DNA of 64,000 nt from Candidatus Hydrogenedentota bacterium (GTDB lineage Bacteria > Hydrogenedentota > Hydrogenedentia > Hydrogenedentales > JAEUWI01): positions 64,001 to 128,000 of the forward strand of contig JAXMOL010000017.1 of the NCBI GenBank assembly GCA_034669905.1. Direction: 5' to 3'. Below, piece after piece: positions 51,013 through 61,237 of the stretch; the first letter of the stretch is position 1; each line of letters begins with the position of its first letter. A program made the translations under genes and the position numbers. Below the pieces are notes generated by a model, which made no database searches, was not told where the DNA came from, and was given only the letters and a program-made list of their open reading frames with translations.

Positions 51013-51452
51013 CCGAGCAACGTATTTGCGCTTTCTACAGCACGGGCCCTCATTATGTGCGGATGCTTCGTGCCCTTCGTGAAAACTATCCCGATGCCGT
51101 AATTGTTACGGCCATACCGACGGCGTTTCCCTTTGAGGTCATTGCGGAGTTGGCCGATGAAACGGTGCGGCTGCCGGAGGGAGCGCAACGCCGGGGGATT
51201 CGCACGGCATTGCACGTCCTGAAACAACTGCGCCGCGCACGATGCAGCCACGTGGTTGTCATGTTTGACAGCCCGCGCCTGAACCTGCTCAGCAGTATGA
51301 GCGGCATTCCCCATCGCCGCTGCTACACCGTGGACGGCCGGTTCTACCGCCTGACACGACGCCCCCCCCAATTGCTCTGGGACGCCGCCCGGGAACGGGT
51401 CCGCGGTCAGTGGGATTACCTCCGCGCCTGGTGGGGTACGCGACGGCTCTAG
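51009..51452 (+). CDS. Small protein resembling the N-terminal half of GT9 heptosyltransferases
   Basis: LRALRENYPDAVI...LKQLRRAR...SGIPHRRCY; ATGA coupling to the GT4 gene. Confidence 0.55.
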   Translation: MTEQRICAFYSTGPHYVRMLRALRENYPDAVIVTAIPTAFPFEVIAELADETVRLPEGAQRRGIRTALHVLKQLRRARCSHVVVMFDSPRLNLLSSMSGIPHRRCYTVDGRFYRLTRRPPQLLWDAARERVRGQWDYLRAWWGTRRL

Positions 51453-51494
51453 GGTAGGCCGTGCGTGACATGCCCCGGTTTCAAGTGGGCGCGT

Positions 51495-51755
51495 CTATGC
51501 GGTCAATTGGTCCATGGGAATGGCTTCGTCGATCAGCATGACGGGAATGTCCTCGCGGATGATATAGAGGTAGGCCCCGTCTTCGCGGAGGAGGCCGCTG
51601 TCGATGGCGCTGTCTACGGCATCGCCCGCCCGATTCTTCAACTCACCGGCGGCAATCGCGGCGTTGATACGGTCCACGACATCCTGTTCGACGACGGTCA
51701 CGGGGGTTTTGTTCTCTGGGCAAACGAGTATTTTCAGGAGTTCGGTGTCGACCAT
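51495..51755 (-). CDS. Trm112-family protein
   Basis: LLKILVCP and YIIREDIPVMLIDEA motifs. Confidence 0.85.
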   Translation of the reverse strand: MVDTELLKILVCPENKTPVTVVEQDVVDRINAAIAAGELKNRAGDAVDSAIDSGLLREDGAYLYIIREDIPVMLIDEAIPMDQLTA

Positions 51756-51912
51756 GGTCGGGGCCTTTCTCATCATTCAGAACCTGCTTCGAATTGCCAA
51801 CGTGTCCGGTGACCCGCTGGATCATGGGGCGCCCCGGAAGGGTGCTCATCCCACGGGTAGCGTGCGGGCATTGTACGTTATCGGGACGGGGACAGGCTAG
51901 TTCTTCGTCGTG

Positions 51913-51942
51913 TTGACAGGATGACTGCCATCTTCGTAGGCT
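51913..51942 (+). promoter_or_regulatory. Possible sigma-70 promoter
   Basis: TTGACA-18 nt-TAGGCT just upstream of the 51959 ORF. Confidence 0.4.
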
Positions 51943-51958
51943 ATAGGACAGGGAGACT

Positions 51959-52348
51959 TTGGTCATGTACACCTGTTTCAACTGTGGAGCGGCGTGGGAA
52001 AGCAGCCTCCGTCAGCCTGCGGTCAAGGAAATTTGCGAATCCTGCGGGGCCTACCTCCATTGTTGCAGGAATTGCACGTACCACCGGCCCGGCTATCCGA
52101 ATGAATGTTATATCCCGGATACGGAAAAGATCGCCGATCGCCGGCGGGCCAATTTCTGTGACGAGTTTGAATTTGTTGCTGCGGAGACACCAAAAAGGCG
52201 TGCGGGTACGCAGCCCCCCTCTGATGCCGACTTAACGGCACTGCTGGGTGACGATAGCCCCCCCACTTCACCCACATTGGAGGTGAAGGAATGGCTGGGA
52301 ACGTCCGATAAAGTACCCAAGGCTTTTGAAGACTTATTCGAGGATTAG
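51959..52348 (+). CDS. Cys-rich zinc-binding hypothetical protein
   Basis: CFNC, CESC..LHCCRNC, EC and ANFCDEF. Confidence 0.7.
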   Translation: MVMYTCFNCGAAWESSLRQPAVKEICESCGAYLHCCRNCTYHRPGYPNECYIPDTEKIADRRRANFCDEFEFVAAETPKRRAGTQPPSDADLTALLGDDSPPTSPTLEVKEWLGTSDKVPKAFEDLFED

Positions 52349-52435
52349 GGAGTAAACGGGGCGTCGCCTTGATAAACCGCGGGTCTCGTGGTACCCTCCC
52401 TTAGGGTAATCAGCTATCCATAAAGTGAACAACGT

Positions 52436-53812
52436 GTGACTAATACGAACGAAGTACATCGCATCCTGGTGGTGGATGACAAGGCCAACATGCGTCAAAT
52501 GTTGGAGTCCGCCTTTACCGATCTGGGATACGTGGTAGACACGGCAGCGAACGGCCAAGAAGCCATTGCGCTTATCTCGACGCACCGTTTTTCTGTCGTG
52601 ATTTCAGACATGAACATGCCCGAGTCGTCTGGTCTGGAAGTATTACGGGCCGCCAAATCGGTTTCCGACGAGACGGCGGTCATTATCGTGACCGCCTTTG
52701 GCACCATTGATACGGCGGTGGAGGCCATGCGCCTGGGGGCCTATGACTTTGTCACCAAGCCCTTCCGCCTGGAAGATATGGAGCGGAAGGTCGCGCGCTT
52801 TCTCCGCACCCGTCAAGGCAACAACCTGCCCGCTGCCCAGACCTGGATTCACCCCTCGGTGCAACACATGGTCGGTGCCAGTGCGCAGATACGTCGCCTC
52901 ATGAAACTCATCGTGAAGGTGGCCCCGACCAATAGTTCGGTCTTGATCACGGGCCCCAGCGGCGTGGGTAAGGAACTGGTTGCCCGTGCGATTCACGAGG
53001 CCAGTGCCCGTCGGGACCAGGCGTTTGTCGCCCTGAATTGCGCGGCATTGGCGCCGGGTGTATTGGAAAGCGAGCTCTTCGGCCACGAAAAAGGTGCCTT
53101 CACCGGAGCAGAAGGCCAACGCCTGGGGCGCTTTGAGAAGGCGCACAAGGGCACGCTCTTTCTGGATGAAGTGGGCGAAATCGATCCCCGCATCCAGACC
53201 AAGCTCCTCCGGGTATTGCAGGAGGGCGAGGTGGAACGTGTGGGCGGTGGCGAACCCATGAAAATCGATGTCCGTATCGTGGCCGCAACCAATCGGGATC
53301 TACGCGAGGCGATAGAAGAAGGCACTTTCCGGGAAGATTTTTACTACCGGTTGAATGTGTTTTCTCTGGAAGTGAGCGGCCTGCGGGAGCGTCGGGACGA
53401 TATCCCCGCGCTGGTGGATCATTTCCTCCGCAAATTTTCGCTCGAACTGGGCAAGGAAGTGCTTTCGGTCGATGACGATGTCATTGGTATTCTGCTCAAT
53501 TATCCCTGGCCCGGCAACGTGCGCGAACTGGAAAACACGATTGAGCGGGCCGTGGTCTTGGCGGAAACCGACAGTGTGACCCGGGATGACCTCCCCCCCC
53601 ACATGCTGCAGACGGCGTCCGCTGAGCCCGAGCCGGTATCGATTCCCCAGCGTCCTGAGGGATCGCTGATCGAAAAAACAGACCGGCTGGAGAGCGACCT
53701 TATCCAGGGCGCCTTGGAGCGTTTTCGGTGGAATAAGACGAAGGCGGCAGAGCACCTGGGCCTGAAGCGAACCACGTTGCAGTACAAGATTAAGAAGTAC
53801 GGTCTGGAGTAA
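52436..53812 (+). CDS. Sigma-54-dependent response regulator (NtrC/AtoC family)
   Basis: Receiver domain, GPSGVGKE, GAFTGA, LFLDE, YYRLNV, WPGNVRELEN and a Fis-type HTH. Confidence 0.95.
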   Translation: MTNTNEVHRILVVDDKANMRQMLESAFTDLGYVVDTAANGQEAIALISTHRFSVVISDMNMPESSGLEVLRAAKSVSDETAVIIVTAFGTIDTAVEAMRLGAYDFVTKPFRLEDMERKVARFLRTRQGNNLPAAQTWIHPSVQHMVGASAQIRRLMKLIVKVAPTNSSVLITGPSGVGKELVARAIHEASARRDQAFVALNCAALAPGVLESELFGHEKGAFTGAEGQRLGRFEKAHKGTLFLDEVGEIDPRIQTKLLRVLQEGEVERVGGGEPMKIDVRIVAATNRDLREAIEEGTFREDFYYRLNVFSLEVSGLRERRDDIPALVDHFLRKFSLELGKEVLSVDDDVIGILLNYPWPGNVRELENTIERAVVLAETDSVTRDDLPPHMLQTASAEPEPVSIPQRPEGSLIEKTDRLESDLIQGALERFRWNKTKAAEHLGLKRTTLQYKIKKYGLE

Positions 53813-53845
53813 TCTGGCCCCATAATCCTTCGACCTAATGTGCAT

Positions 53846-53882
53846 GGCGTCATCCCGATAGGGGATGGCGCCTGTTTGTTTT
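53846..53882 (+). terminator. Intrinsic terminator
   Basis: GGCGTCATCCC...GGGATGGCGCC stem followed by TGTTTGTTTT. Confidence 0.65.
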
Positions 53883-53987
53883 CATAGCCATTCTTCTTCC
53901 CGGGACGGGTGCATCCCGATCAGAAATGCGATACACTAGCCCTTTGAGTTTTGTTGGGGAATCCACCTATCCGGAGAGGGATTATAG

Positions 53988-56900
53988 ATGTCAGGAACCA
54001 TGAGAACGCGGGTGCGGTATGGTCTGATTGCCAGTGTCGTGGCGACGGGGCTACTGAGCGGGCCAACCTGGGCGCAGCTGGAAAGTCAGGACACCCTGGC
54101 TGGAATGAAGACCGCACCCGGCCTGGAAGTGAGCCTTTTTGCAGCGGAAGATATGCTGGTGAATCCGACGGCCATGGATATTGATGCGAAGGGGCGCGTC
54201 TGGGTGACGGAGGCCTCCAACTACCGCCTCTTCAAGCATAAGGTCGTGATGGAAGAAGGCGACCGCGTCCGCGTGCTGGAAGACACGGATGGGGACGGTA
54301 GGGCGGACACGGCCACGACCTTTTACCAACACCCCACACTGCAGGCACCGCTGGGCATTGCGGTGTTAAATGACCGGGTCTACTTGGCCCAGAGTCCGGA
54401 ACTCTTCTACCTGGAAGACACGGACGACGACGGCAAGGCCGACAAGAAAACGGTTATTCTCACGGGCTTCGGCGGCGTGGACCACGATCATGCGATTCAC
54501 GGCATCATGGCCGGCCCCGATGGCCTTATCTACATGACCGTGGGTGATGGTGGCCTGGATGTGACAGACAATTCGGGGAATCGCATCGTGGCCGGGAAGG
54601 CGGCTGAAAACCCGACCTATGATGCGGCGACCGTCCTGCGTACAGACCCCGATGGCATGCATCTGGAACTGCTTGCGGAAGGTATGCGGAATCCCTACGA
54701 ACCGACCCTCAATTCCTTTGGCACCGTCTTTGGATCGGACAACGACGACGACGGGAACGAGCAGGTCCAGATTAACTACGTCATGGAAGGGGGCCACTAC
54801 GGTTATTGGCCCCGCCGTCAGGGCGACCGCCGTCTGGACGAAGTCCACTGGAACAAGGACCGTCCCGGCGTGGTACCCAATATGATTCGTACGGGATTCG
54901 GGTCGCCGACGGGGATTCTGTTTTACGAGGGCACGCTCCTTCCCACCCGGCTCCACAACACGCTCATTCACGCGGATGCCGGCCCCGGGGTAATTCGCTC
55001 CTACAAGCCAGTCGCCCACGGTGCGGGGTATCGGGGTGAAACGGAAGTACTCCTCTCCGCACCCCACGACAAATGGTTTCGTCCCAGTGATGTGTGTGTC
55101 GCACCCGACGGTTCCTTGCTGGTGGCCGACTGGTATGACCCCGGTGTGGGTGGACACAACATGGGCGATACCACGCGGGGGCGCATTTATCGGCTGGCGC
55201 CTCCCGAGAGTCCCTACACCGCGCCCTTGCTCAACCTGAAGACCGATGAGGGGCTGACACAGGCCCTGGCCTCCCCCAATCTGGCCCAGCGCTATCTGGC
55301 CCACGACGTCTTGAGCGGCGAGTTAAAGGGCGCGGAGGTACCGCTGCTCCACGCCATATATCAGCGCAACGACCCCATTCTACGGGCACGGGTACTCTGG
55401 CTGCTGGGCAAGGAGCGGAATCACGGGTTGGAAACCCTTTTGGAAGTCGCCCGAGACGATGCCCCTGCCTTCCGGGTACTGGCCGTACGCCTTCTGGCGG
55501 ACCGGGGCCCCGACGCTCTGTTTCAGGCCGATTGGTTGCTGGAGGACCCGAACCCCATGGTCCGTCGACAACTGCTACTCGAACTGCGGCGTTTTCCCGA
55601 TTCGCTCACGCTGGACACCTGGTTGATTGCGCTGGCACTCCACTATGACGGGCAAGACCGCTTCTACCGTGAAGCCATTGGCATTGCCTTTAGGAATCGG
55701 GAATCCTGGGGTTTTGAACGGCTGGCAGCGGAACTGGGCAATCGTTGGGACGAGCGCCTTTCGGGGCTGGCCCTCCAGCTCCACCCCACGGAAGCCCTGG
55801 CCCTGGCCGAATCGGCCCTTCAGAATGATATGCTTGGGAGCACCCCCCGGCGGGCGGCCATTGACGTGCTGGACGCTATTGGCACCGAAGAATCGGGGCA
55901 ACGGCTGGTAGCCCTGGTCGAGAACCCGGAGACCCCGCCCGAACTCTTTAAGCATGCGCTCCACCATCTGGCCCGTAACGCGGGGCAAGACTGGCACACC
56001 GTGACCCGTGGAGAATCCATGGATGCCATGCTGGCCACCACCCTGGACAATCCGGAGCGGGGACCGGCGGTGTGGGCCTTTATCATGGAAACCAAGCGCC
56101 AACAGTTTGTGCCACGCCTCATAGCCCGCGCGAAAGGGGAGGAACTCCCGATGCAGTCCCGTCTTGGGGCCATGAAAGGTATCAATACCATCGCGCCGCA
56201 AATCGCACCAACGGAGGCGGATGCCCTCGTGTCGGAATTGGCAACGCTCCTGGCGGACGAGCACGACGTACTCCGCGCGGCTGCGCTGGAGGCGATACAG
56301 CAATTCCGGGGCAGCGCGAGCCGCACGATCCTGCTCAATCTCACCCTGGACACTAACCAGGAGCTGGAACTGCGTGCGGAACTGGCCAAACGTCTGGCGG
56401 CGACGCAGTCGGGGGCCATTGCCCTCCTGGACGCCGTGGAGCAGGAGAAGCTTCCATCAGACCTGCTGCCCATTGTATCGGAACACGTGCACAACGGCCC
56501 CTTTGAGGACGCGCGCATGATGGCCCAGCAACTCATTCCACGGGATGCCGCGGCCGATGGCACCGCCCTCCCCCCCATGGAAGAACTCGTTGCCATGGTG
56601 GGTGATGTGAGCAAAGGCAAGCAGGTCTTCTTCAGCGAAGACCACGCCCAGTGTTTCCGCTGCCATCGCGTTGGCGACGAGGGCAAAGAAGTAGGGCCCA
56701 ATCTGACGGTTATCGGGGAGAAATTCGGCCGGGAAGGCATCCTGGAATCCATCTTGTACCCGAGCGCCGCCATCTCCCACGAATATGAGGTCTGGATCGT
56801 GGAAACCGAGTGGGACGGCTACCTCAGCGGCTTCATCGTGCAAGAAGATGACAAGGAGCTCCAGCTCATGGACGCCACCGGCACGGTCAAGAAACTGAAG

Positions 56901-57020
56901 CAGAGCGATGTTATCGACAAGCGCAAAAGCGCGACTTCGCTCATGCCCACGGGCCTTGCCGCCGCCATGACGGCACAAGACCTGAGCGACCTGGTGGCCT
57001 ATCTCACCAGCCTGAAGTAA
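53988..57020 (+). CDS. PVC-type membrane-bound dehydrogenase-like protein with HEAT repeats and a c-type heme domain
   Basis: Signal peptide, propeller (GRVWV, EDTDGDGRAD, GMRNP, WFRPSD), HEAT-like helices, CFRCH and SLMP.GL. Confidence 0.88.
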   Translation: MSGTMRTRVRYGLIASVVATGLLSGPTWAQLESQDTLAGMKTAPGLEVSLFAAEDMLVNPTAMDIDAKGRVWVTEASNYRLFKHKVVMEEGDRVRVLEDTDGDGRADTATTFYQHPTLQAPLGIAVLNDRVYLAQSPELFYLEDTDDDGKADKKTVILTGFGGVDHDHAIHGIMAGPDGLIYMTVGDGGLDVTDNSGNRIVAGKAAENPTYDAATVLRTDPDGMHLELLAEGMRNPYEPTLNSFGTVFGSDNDDDGNEQVQINYVMEGGHYGYWPRRQGDRRLDEVHWNKDRPGVVPNMIRTGFGSPTGILFYEGTLLPTRLHNTLIHADAGPGVIRSYKPVAHGAGYRGETEVLLSAPHDKWFRPSDVCVAPDGSLLVADWYDPGVGGHNMGDTTRGRIYRLAPPESPYTAPLLNLKTDEGLTQALASPNLAQRYLAHDVLSGELKGAEVPLLHAIYQRNDPILRARVLWLLGKERNHGLETLLEVARDDAPAFRVLAVRLLADRGPDALFQADWLLEDPNPMVRRQLLLELRRFPDSLTLDTWLIALALHYDGQDRFYREAIGIAFRNRESWGFERLAAELGNRWDERLSGLALQLHPTEALALAESALQNDMLGSTPRRAAIDVLDAIGTEESGQRLVALVENPETPPELFKHALHHLARNAGQDWHTVTRGESMDAMLATTLDNPERGPAVWAFIMETKRQQFVPRLIARAKGEELPMQSRLGAMKGINTIAPQIAPTEADALVSELATLLADEHDVLRAAALEAIQQFRGSASRTILLNLTLDTNQELELRAELAKRLAATQSGAIALLDAVEQEKLPSDLLPIVSEHVHNGPFEDARMMAQQLIPRDAAADGTALPPMEELVAMVGDVSKGKQVFFSEDHAQCFRCHRVGDEGKEVGPNLTVIGEKFGREGILESILYPSAAISHEYEVWIVETEWDGYLSGFIVQEDDKELQLMDATGTVKKLKQSDVIDKRKSATSLMPTGLAAAMTAQDLSDLVAYLTSLK

Positions 57021-57027
57021 TCGACGT

Positions 57028-57080
57028 AAAAACGACGCGGGCGCGCAGGGAAGGTTTTCCTGCGCGCCCGTTTTAGTTTT
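57028..57080. terminator. Bidirectional intrinsic terminator
   Basis: CGGGCGCGCAGG...CCTGCGCGCCCG stem flanked by A and T tracts, between convergent genes. Confidence 0.75.
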
Positions 57081-57091
57081 GGGTAGTTCGT

Positions 57092-58012
57092 CTATTTCTT
57101 CAGCTTATCCCGGCGGGCCTTCAGTTCTTTCATGGTCGTCAGAATTACACCGGACTCTTCGATAGCCTTCTTGGTCCGTGGGTCAATCATGGCGTAGTAG
57201 TCGCCATAGAGAAAATCGCGGTTGCCATTAATTTTACCGATGACGTCATTGGGCTTGGTGCAGTGGATGATCATGTAGGTGATGCCGGGCTTCAGGTTCT
57301 TGATGGCATCCACGTAGAGGGCGACTTTTTCGTCGATGTCGGTAGTCTTCCAATCGTAGCTGTCTCCGTGCACGTGGTCCAGGACGGGCAAGCCCCCCTC
57401 CCAGACTTTCTCCGCCAGGGGACCAACGCGGGGCACCATGAGGATGGGTATCTGTTTCTCGATACCCACTTTGACGTAGCGTTCGATAAACTCGGGACGA
57501 AAGAGGGTGCCCATGTGGGAGTCCATATGGGTGATGGGCAAGCCCATGGTCTCGGCCCGATCAATCTGAGCACGAATCTCCATCTCCACTTCGTCGGGCG
57601 TAGCATTCTCTACCACGAGTCCCACGTTGTCCGGAAGGCAGCCGTGCTCGTCAGCGAGCCCCGGAACCTGATTCTTTCCGGCCAGGGGGACCCAGCGATA
57701 GTGGTCGTATTCCGACGTGAGGGTCAGGTGGAGGCCCATGTCGGTATCGGGGTTGGCCTTCATGTAGGGAATCCAGCCCGGCACCCAGGGACAGGGCATC
57801 ATGACGCTGACCGAGGTTACCAGCCCATACTCCAGCGCCTCCTTCGCCCCCTCGTTGTTGGCGAGGGACATGCCCACATCGTCGCAGTGGATGATTAAAA
57901 TGCGGTCGTCGGCTTTCCAACCGAGCCGCTCGCCGTAGGTGGGCTCCGCGAGGGCGGAAAGGGGGACGCTGAAAAGCAGCACTGCGAGAAGAAGACGGGT
58001 GAAGGGGCGCAT
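57092..58012 (-). CDS. YdjC/ChbG-family carbohydrate deacetylase, exported
   Basis: IIHCDDVGM, GLHLTLTSE and THMDSHMG; signal peptide ending ALA. Confidence 0.85.
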   Translation of the reverse strand: MRPFTRLLLAVLLFSVPLSALAEPTYGERLGWKADDRILIIHCDDVGMSLANNEGAKEALEYGLVTSVSVMMPCPWVPGWIPYMKANPDTDMGLHLTLTSEYDHYRWVPLAGKNQVPGLADEHGCLPDNVGLVVENATPDEVEMEIRAQIDRAETMGLPITHMDSHMGTLFRPEFIERYVKVGIEKQIPILMVPRVGPLAEKVWEGGLPVLDHVHGDSYDWKTTDIDEKVALYVDAIKNLKPGITYMIIHCTKPNDVIGKINGNRDFLYGDYYAMIDPRTKKAIEESGVILTTMKELKARRDKLKK

Positions 58013-58124
58013 GGCGTGATTCCTGTCGGTTGGGCGCGGTGTGCGCATGGCCTGATACTACGGCGCAAGGGTATTGGTTGTCCACCTTAGACTCCCTACC
58101 GAAGGTTCCGGTTTTTGACCGGGT

Positions 58125-59018
58125 TTAGTGTCCTTCCGCACGGGTGCCCAGCGACGCGATGCCCTCCCAGATGGTATCTTGCGCGGTCCAGGGGAGGAAA
58201 TGGTTCCGCCCTTCCAGTACGACGATATCGTGTACGACGTCCGCACGAAAATGGGCCTTCATGAAGTCCACATTTTCAAAGGGCACGAGTCGATCTTCGG
58301 TGCCATGGATGATAGTGATTGGGCAGGAGATGTCCGTCAGTCGGGGTGCGAGACGCTCGAGGCCATGACGCAGGGGGATGAGCTCGCGGTTCGAATTACG
58401 AAGGGGCCGGGGCACTAGCTTCCGGATACCGGGCAAATCGCCCAGGTACTGCATGGTGTAGACGACCTCCACACTGGGAGACAGGGACCCCGCCACCAGC
58501 ACGATGGCACCTACAAGATCCGGATAATCGGCGGCGGCCTGGGCCACGATAGGGGCGCCCAGGGAGTGGCCCACGAGTATGGGACGACGTCCCCGAAGTG
58601 TCTCAAGGAGGGGGCGCAATGCCTGGGCCTGGTCCGCAATATCGGGGAGGCCATTGGCAGGGGTACTCTCTCCGAATCCCGGGCGGTCGACGGCAATGGC
58701 CCGATAGCCCGGGCGCGGCTGTTGCAGGAACCAGGCCCAGTTGTCGGCGGCGCCGGGTGTTCCGTGGACGAAGACGACCGGCTGGCCACCCAACTCGCCC
58801 TGCTGGAAGGTCATGAGGGTCTGGCCTTCGTGGGTGATGGGTACGGCCCATTCCCGAGGGAGCTGGGAGGTCTCCATCCCGAGGGCCATATAGCGTATCG
58901 CGCCATAGGCCAGGAGGGTGAGGGCAAGGAGGACGCCGCCGAAAACTTTCGCGCGTGACCGGTGCGGCGGGCGTATCTGGTTGTTCACGAGGGCCTCCGG
59001 AGGGTGTCGTGTGTACAT
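58125..59018 (-). CDS. Alpha/beta hydrolase, membrane-anchored
   Basis: HGTPG, DRPGFG, GHSLG, HGTEDRLVP and NHF. Start uncertain. Confidence 0.85.
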   Translation of the reverse strand: MYTRHPPEALVNNQIRPPHRSRAKVFGGVLLALTLLAYGAIRYMALGMETSQLPREWAVPITHEGQTLMTFQQGELGGQPVVFVHGTPGAADNWAWFLQQPRPGYRAIAVDRPGFGESTPANGLPDIADQAQALRPLLETLRGRRPILVGHSLGAPIVAQAAADYPDLVGAIVLVAGSLSPSVEVVYTMQYLGDLPGIRKLVPRPLRNSNRELIPLRHGLERLAPRLTDISCPITIIHGTEDRLVPFENVDFMKAHFRADVVHDIVVLEGRNHFLPWTAQDTIWEGIASLGTRAEGH

Positions 59019-59183
59019 GTTGGTTCGCGCAAGACAGGTGGTGACAGCGTAGCGTTGTCCCCCAGCCAAAAACAATCTCACAAGCTCCGGCGAGCTCCCT
59101 GGAGAACGCAACGACACGACATGACAGGCGAGACGCCTATCCCATGTTAGACTGTGATATAGGAGCCGACGGTAATGACTTTG

Positions 59184-60998
59184 TTACGCTTCCGGTTTGG
59201 GCTGGGGCGGGAGCAAGCCCAGGTTCGCCATGAGCTGGAGGGCATTGCTGTGGTCGACCACGCCTTCGCGCATGGTGTAGTCGAAGCGGAGTTCGCCGCC
59301 GTCGAGGGTATCGGAGAAATGCACGTTGCGCGCTTCGGCCCCCATGGCCACTGCCGCCCGGGTAAGGGCGAGGTCGTGGGTGGTTACAAAGCCCACAGCA
59401 CCCCGCTCTACAAAAGATTTTACCAGGGCTTCTGCCCCAATCTGCCGATCGTGGGAGTTGGTACCATGGAGGATTTCGTCCAGGAGAAACAACACGGGCT
59501 CCTCCCCTTCAATGGCATCAGAGACGGATTTGAGACGGCGCAGTTCGGCGTAGAAACGGGAGATGCCCCCCTGGATGGAGTCCTGCACGCGCAGCGTGGC
59601 GCCTATACGGAAAGGCGTGAGCCGGAGCGCCGTGGCACAAACCGGCGCGCCCAGCTGGGCCAACACGACGTTGATGCCGACGGTGCGCAGATAGGTACTC
59701 TTGCCCGACATGTTGGAGCCGCTGACGATGGTCAACTTCAGCCCGTCGCCCAGCCGCACGTCGTTGGCGACACAGGCACCCGGCTTGAGCAGGGGGTGTG
59801 ACAACGCAGTACCAACGAGGGTTGAGGGGCCTTCGGCAATTTCGGGATAGGGATAATGGGGATGTTCATAGGCGAATCCCGCGATGGACAGGAGCGCTTC
59901 GAATTCCCCCACCGCCTCCAGCCATTGGGGCACATGGCGTCCCCACTGCAGCCGCCACGCTTCGATGGCGTACGCGAGGTGGACGCCCCACATCAGATAA
60001 ATAGCCACGGGGGCGAAGAGCTGGTTGAGGTGGAGATCAAAAAGAAAAACCAGGCGCTCCAGCTGTTTGATGCGCTCGGACACGGGTTGTTGCGCCTCGG
60101 TCAGACGGGCCTGGATATCTTGAAGCATGGGGTCGGTAAACTGCTCTTCCTCCAGCCGCTCCAGCAAGAGGGCCAGGACGCGCAATTCCCGGGTGGGCTC
60201 CTCCACGGCCTGGACCACGCGAAGTACCGGTGCGGCGACCGTGCGCAGCAACACGAGCTGTACTACGAAAAAGAGTACGGCGAAGAGATAAAAGCCCGTG
60301 ATGAGCCCGAAGAGCACGGAGGCTACCGCGAAGCCGGTCAGGATGAGAAACAGGGTGCGACGACTGTTCTGGGGAAAGGCGGCCGGTTTCACGGCCCACT
60401 CGGCGAGAGATTGCCCTTTCACCGAACGGCGCACGGCGGTGGCCAGTCCCCCGAGGTCTTCCCGGAGGGAGATGCGGTCGGACAATTCCCGGATGGCTCC
60501 CTGGCGGGCAATGATGGCTTCGCGGGCCTGGGGTTTCTGGAGCCACTGGGCCACGTTGCTTTCTCCGGCCACGGTGTGGGCCTGGCAGATGAGTTCGAAG
60601 AGGGATGCCTCGCCGAAAAGATCCAAATCGAGGGCATAGCCGTGCTCTTCTTCCATATAGGCGAGGCTTTGATTGCCGTCGCCGGGCCAATCGCCCGAAA
60701 TCCGGCGGAGTCCCTTTTCATAGTGGGTGATGGCGGCATCCACCCGTGCACGGGCCCGCGCGGTACGCTCATGACCTACGACGAGGGCCACGAATCCGGC
60801 CAGCGGCAGGAGCAGCCACCACCAGGACAGGCTGTCGGTCCACCAGGCTCCGGCTCCGAGGAGCAGGGCGAGTGTAAAAACGGCCAGACGGGCGTTGGCA
60901 ATCACGTCAAAGCGTTGTTCAAATCGGGCGCTGTCGGCGCGTAACTCCGCCAGGCGACGGGTATAGACCGCGGCAGGATCGTGGGTTGGATGGGTCAT
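59184..60998 (-). CDS. MutS-like ATPase (domain V) with transmembrane segments
   Basis: GSNMSGKST.LR, SRFYAEL, DEILHGTNS and TTHDL; two hydrophobic hairpins. Confidence 0.88.
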   Translation of the reverse strand: MTHPTHDPAAVYTRRLAELRADSARFEQRFDVIANARLAVFTLALLLGAGAWWTDSLSWWWLLLPLAGFVALVVGHERTARARARVDAAITHYEKGLRRISGDWPGDGNQSLAYMEEEHGYALDLDLFGEASLFELICQAHTVAGESNVAQWLQKPQAREAIIARQGAIRELSDRISLREDLGGLATAVRRSVKGQSLAEWAVKPAAFPQNSRRTLFLILTGFAVASVLFGLITGFYLFAVLFFVVQLVLLRTVAAPVLRVVQAVEEPTRELRVLALLLERLEEEQFTDPMLQDIQARLTEAQQPVSERIKQLERLVFLFDLHLNQLFAPVAIYLMWGVHLAYAIEAWRLQWGRHVPQWLEAVGEFEALLSIAGFAYEHPHYPYPEIAEGPSTLVGTALSHPLLKPGACVANDVRLGDGLKLTIVSGSNMSGKSTYLRTVGINVVLAQLGAPVCATALRLTPFRIGATLRVQDSIQGGISRFYAELRRLKSVSDAIEGEEPVLFLLDEILHGTNSHDRQIGAEALVKSFVERGAVGFVTTHDLALTRAAVAMGAEARNVHFSDTLDGGELRFDYTMREGVVDHSNALQLMANLGLLPPQPKPEA

Positions 60999-61237
60999 GG
61001 AAACTCCTGTGGGGCTGGACCGGGGAATTGTACTACGAAACGGGGCTCCCCCGCCCGGGCGGCCCATAGTGGCCCACGGGAAGGCCGGAACGCAACCCCG
61101 TTCGGTTGCATCCCCGCGCCCCCCTTGCGTATGCTGCCTCCGGTACCTGCCAGGGCCATTTCGCGCCCGGCGGAGTCTGCGGAGGAGCGGCGTCACCGTC
61201 GCGAAGCGCGCCCCTGGGGCGCAACGATGATTGCTGC

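Noticed and set aside
52436..53812. Orphan sigma-54 activator as a novel system
   Set aside because: Standard NtrC-family architecture; an unlinked kinase is common.
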